Under the pieces are notes generated by a model. It did not search any database. It saw only the letters and a list, made by a program, of their open reading frames with translations, and had not been told where the DNA came from. This document shows positions 58,930-64,000 of a DNA stretch of 64,000 nt, piece by piece. The stretch is from contig OZ024746.1 of assembly GCA_964016885.1 (NCBI GenBank), positions 51,522,001-51,586,000 on the forward strand. Direction: 5' to 3'. The first letter of the stretch is position 1. Each line of letters begins with the position of its first letter. This DNA comes from Eledone cirrhosa. Taxonomy: Eukaryota. Both the position numbers and the translations under genes were made by a program.

Positions 58930-59140
58930 AGAAGAATTATGCATGATCACGTAACTGCCGACTCCCTCCGCAGTTACGTGATCATGCATAACTCTTCTTC
59001 TTCTTCTTCTTCTTCTTCTTCTTCTTCTTCTTCTTCTTCTTCTTCTTCTTCTTCTTCTTCTTCTTCACCCACTTATTCCTGAAACGGTTTTGGTGGCAGA
59101 GTCCTCAAACACTCTTCCTTCCAGCAGGTCCTGTCAGAAT
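58930..59140. repeat. Small hairpin (58930-58998) abutting the (CTT)n tail of a short minus-strand RTE fragment
   Basis: The arms are TTATGCATGATCACGTAACTGC / GCAGTTACGTGATCATGCATAA. 59066-59140 resembles 5105-5165. Confidence 0.7.
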
Positions 59141-59172
<32 letters not shown>

Positions 59173-59370
59173 GGGATCCAGCCTGATCATTTAGAGACTG
59201 TTAATTCTGACATACTACTGTACGTCTGTATACATATATGTATGTACGTATACTATACATACTTATATTTAAGTAACAGCCGTACTAAGAGTGAGAAATG
59301 AAATTTCGTTTCATTTTTTCCGTTTATATATATATATATATATATATGTATATGTATATGTATGTATGTA

Positions 59371-59402
<32 letters not shown>

Positions 59403-59446
59403 AATATATATATGTATGTATTATTATGTATTATTATGTATGTATT

Positions 59447-59838
59447 GGTGGATTGGCAGTATTGGTAGAGAGTCGGACACCATGCTTTGAAGTTACGTCT
59501 CTTTATGATCTGAGTTCAAATCCCGCCGAGGTTAACTTTGCCTTTCATCCTTACGGGGTCGATAAAATAAAGTACCAGTAATGTACTGGGTAATTGCTGG
59601 CCTTGTGCCTAAAATAGAAACAATTATGTATGTATTATTATAGAGCGGTGGATTGGCAGTATCGTTAGAGGGTTGGTCGCCATGTTTTACCGCATAGAGT
59701 TACGGCCCTTTATAATCTGAGTTCAAATCCCGCCGAGGTTAACTTTGCCTTTCATCCTTACGGAGTTGATAAAATAAAGTACCAATAATATACTGGGATA
59801 ATTGCTGGCCTTGTGCTAAAGGTAGAAACAATTATTAT
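59447..59838 (+). mobile_element. Two tandem tRNA-derived SINE copies
   Basis: Copies at 59447-59627 and 59644-59838. Confidence 0.9.
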
Positions 59839-61036
59839 GTATGTGTGTGTATGTGTATATATATATACATATATATATATATAATTGGTATGGGATGCTT
59901 AAAGCGTCCATAAGCGGTAGGCCGTTTGAGCACTTGACGCTTTTACAGAGCAGAGTATGTATGATATCACATAAGAAACGGAGAATCAGTGTTGCGACGA
60001 ATAAAATTTATTAGACATTACAATCGTTTCTCTGGCGACCAGATATACATATATACATATATACATATCTACAAAAAAAAGTTCATATTAGTATCATGAC
60101 AAAGTCCGTTCATTGCATTAGTCGATCTGGTATGTATCTTCTTGTCCTGCTTCTTTTGGTTTTTAATATCGCTGCTTTCGTCATGGATTAGTTTCCGCCA
60201 TATTGATTTGTCATCGACAACATGACTCTAGTAGTTAAGAATATTACCTTTTTTTTTCAAAATATCTTTGATCGTGTCCTTTTACCTCAAGAGAGGACGT
60301 CCTACACTTCGAACACCATCCTGAAGCTCTCCAAAAAGAAGTCTCTTTAAAAGTCTACAATCATCCATATATGTATATACAGAAGCAATGTTATAGACGC
60401 TGTCTTGTCATTGCTACGAAACTGAAAGGAAACTTGTTTATGGTGTTGATGGTGGGGGTTTGTGTTGTGGATGGTGTTGATGGTGGTGGTGGTGTTGATG
60501 GTGGTGGTGGTTGTGTTGTGGATGGTGGTGGTGGTTGCTTGCGTTGTGGATGGTGGTGGTGGTGGTGGTTTGTGTTGTGGATAGTGGTGGTGGTGGTGGT
60601 TTGTGTTGTGGATAGTGGTGGTGGTGGTTTGTGTTGTGGATGGTGGTGGTGGTGGTGGTGGTGGTGGTGGTGGTAGAAATTGTCGAGACATCAACTAAAC
60701 TGGAAATGTTTTACTTTATCCTATTTTGGTGTTGTTGTTAATATTAATATCGTTGTTGTTGGTGTTTTTATTGTTCTTAATGTTGGAGTTGATATTGGTG
60801 TTTTTGGTGATGTTTGTGTTGTTATTGTTGTTGTTGTTGATGATGATGTAGATATTGATGTTATTATTTGTGTTTGTGTTGGTTATGGTTGTGGTGGTGA
60901 TGTTGATGATGCTGTTGTTGGTGTTGTTGATCTTATTTCCGTCTGTTGAAAGGTTGGAGTGACGGATTAAGTCTTCTAGAGATTATCTCGTGATCAGCAG
61001 CAAATGTTTTCGAAAAGGCGGACGTCTTCTACACAT

Positions 61037-61114
<78 letters not shown>

Positions 61115-61139
61115 ACACACACACGCACACACACACACG

Positions 61140-61191
<52 letters not shown>

Positions 61192-61310
61192 TATATACTT
61201 GCAAGCAGACACTCACGCACACCCAAACATATGTATATTCTAATAAAAAAAACCTCATAGAAAAAGTCAAAACTTGAAAATAGTTGTCTTTGACAACACA
61301 TGTCTAGAAG

Positions 61311-61347
<37 letters not shown>

Positions 61348-61410
61348 TTATAGATATGTATATATATATATATACACATACATACATATATATATATAAA
61401 TATTTATGTA

Positions 61411-61519
<109 letters not shown>

Positions 61520-61702
61520 CTGAGTGTGTTGTTTTTGTTGTATTTATTGGAGATGTTTTGTTTGCTAATATATTTGTAGTCGTCTGTCACTCTAGTCATA
61601 GTTTGATGGTGTGAAAGTACGTCTGAAATTCTTGCTTAAGTGAACTATTTCGATTCAGAGATAAATAGATGAAATACGATAGCTGTGTATGTGTTAAAAA
61701 GG

Positions 61703-61744
<42 letters not shown>

Positions 61745-61775
61745 TATATAACATATATATATATATATAAACAAT

Positions 61776-61817
<42 letters not shown>

Positions 61818-61844
61818 ATATTTTTATATAAGTATATATACATA

Positions 61845-61910
<66 letters not shown>

Positions 61911-62404
61911 TATATGATGGCTGCCCCCTCGTTATCGAGTATGGCCATTGCACATACATATATATATATATACATACACACACATAAGCACACACACAAA
62001 TATATATATACTGTGAACAGGGCTGGTTATAATTAATTGGCAATAGCACTAAGATAGCGTTAAGCATGATAGGAATGTGTATGAAAGTTTATACAATTAA
62101 CATCTGAGGGCCTCAATATATGCATATGGACATTTCCTGTCGATGTTTTCTATATGATTTATGCAATAAATTTTCAATACCCCAAAATCTATATAGGCTA
62201 TTTTCAATGTTTATCTCAGTACCGGCTGAGTGAATGTCGCTGATGATAGATTAATGAATCTTGAAACAGTTGTCTAAAAATGTTAATGGGCACTGAGGTA
62301 TCTGTGACATGTTTACAGAGCAAAAGAGGGAAAAGTAATTTTTTCACAACAAAAAAAAATTTTTTTTCTTTGTATGTAAACATATAGTGTATACGTTCAT
62401 ATAG

Positions 62405-62690
62405 ACCCACCTTTCAACAAATTGGTTGGAAGGAAACACTTATCTCTCTACCCTGATTGTTCTCTTCAGGTAAAACCTGAAAATGTTAATTAGGGCTTCG
62501 CTGAAGAGGAAAGTGTTTGGCTTCAAATCTTTTAGGTGCGTCAACCATACCACCTCTTTTGTCATGGCCACCAGGCATATAAAAACTGCCTGTCCTTTCC
62601 TTCCAAATGAAGCTGGTGGAGCGATCTTCATAATGGACTCAGTTGATAGCCGGATCTGTCCCACACGTGACAGATGTTCGACATAAACCC
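62405..62690 (-). mobile_element. Tx1/L1-like ORF2 C-terminal fragment
   Basis: ..VFICLVAMTKEVVW..FRFYLKRTIRVER*VFPSNQFVERW aligns with the 32510 fragment (RRIRMERE..FYERW). Confidence 0.65.
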
Positions 62691-62699
62691 ACGGGTCAT

Positions 62700-62870
62700 A
62701 GTATGGCCGTCTGGCTGAATGGTTTAAGAGTTTGCTTTATGATCATTAAGTTTCAGTTTCGATTCAATTGCGGGGCATTTTGGGTAATTGTCATTTACGA
62801 CAGCCTAGCGTTGGTCCATGCTTTGTGAATGAATTTAGGTTGAGAGAAACTCTTTTAAAGCCTGTCAAAT
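62700..62870 (+). mobile_element. Old diverged SINE; relatives at ~48655-48750 and ~49170-49265
   Basis: tRNA-like head, then TTGGG.AA.TG.C and CCATGC.TTGTG..TG.ATTT.G..GA.AGAAACT. Confidence 0.55.
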
Positions 62871-63536
62871 AGACACGATCTATAATTCAACGAAACAGCC
62901 TTGTCACATAATGTGTCCTATTGAATCTCCCTGATAAGCGCATCTTCCTTACCATCCTCCGGGGAAACGCTTCTCCATTCTGTCCGCCGGGGCTGTGGGG
63001 CGGCCCACACGTGGGACCCCATTTGCTCACTGTACAGAGAGAGGGGGAGATGACGGTGGGAGTTCGGCTCTTCGCTGTTCGGCACATTGCATCTGTCAAG
63101 AGTGTATTTTCATACTTGTGGCGAACGTTGTGAATTCCTATTTATGTATCGTAAACAAGGTGTGCGTTGGCTCGCTCCCGCCCAGGCAGCCAGTGATAAG
63201 TAAGCAGCGACGCAGGAAAACACTAAATATCTCCGAATGGAATGATAGAACATTACTTGATAAATTTTAAGAGCACACTTTTCTATAGAATGCTCCGCTA
63301 CTTGCACGGGTAATTTCACGAGTTGGCTGTTCATTATAGTTCTAGTTGTTACATAAAAGAGTCCTATTCACTTGATATTCGACAGCGTCATAGAGCATCA
63401 TATTATATTCCATGACTGAAAACAAACAACTAGAAAGTACTCATCCATCTCCCCTATCTTACTAAATAAAGCCTTATATCGCTCTAACATCTTTCAATAG
63501 TTGACTGATGAAATGACAAGTCGGTCAATCATATTG

Positions 63537-63780
63537 GTGGCCTCCCCACAGCCCCGGCGGACAGAATGGAGAGGGCGTTTCCCCGGAGGACGGCAAGGGA
63601 GACGGGCTAGAAAAGCCATTCCAACTCGCGAGGCTCACACCTGCAGCTAGCCAGCTCAGCGCCTATGGTGGTGAGTAGGGAGGTAGCCCTAGGGCCGAGG
63701 ACACCAGAAGTCTCTACTGCCAAGGGTACGACGACAAACCTGTCGGAGAGTTACCGGTTCTATTGACCGTGCAGTTAGAA
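63537..63780 (+). repeat. GC-rich dispersed repeat P
   Basis: 63539-63606 is inverted relative to 62940-63005, and 63595-63710 matches 27110-27250 on the minus strand. Confidence 0.75.
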
Positions 63781-64000
63781 GACTCATTGTCGGATCATAT
63801 GAACCCGTTGATAAACAAGCACTCAGAATTCCAGAATACTCAGAGAGCTCAGACAACGTCTACGTTTATTTACACGTCCATAGACACTAGGACTGACGTA
63901 CAGTGAGGGTAAGGTGAAGTTAGTCTGGAGTGTGTTAGTTAATTTAATTTAATTACAGCAAATTAGTGAATCACGTGATATCGGGGTTGTTATTCTCATA

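Overview
This is eukaryotic, AT-rich, microsatellite-saturated DNA with no confidently callable host gene. The dominant tRNA-derived SINE resembles the abundant octopus SINE, so an octopod or other cephalopod origin is inferred. Nearly all long ORFs in the track are translated (TA)n, (CA)n or (CTA)n repeats. The one real protein-coding unit is a decayed, near full-length Penelope-like retroelement (PLE) with Naiad-like signatures at about 13562-17297. It carries RT and GIY-YIG domains, an inverted 5' pseudo-LTR and a variant hammerhead ribozyme (HHR). The most striking signal is roughly a dozen unrelated short non-coding element families sitting in (TA)n tracts. Many are fold-back palindromes, many carry minimal type-I hammerhead motifs, and their inversion junctions repeatedly fall inside the ribozyme. 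I interpret them as a non-autonomous, HHR-bearing PLE mobilome. The window also holds four copies of a ~605-bp RTE-like bipartite element with a C2H2 finger, fragments of Rex3/RTE, R4-like and Tx1-like LINEs, two hAT MITEs, about 15 SINE copies and several minisatellites. All coordinates and pairings were read by eye, and no database searches were run.
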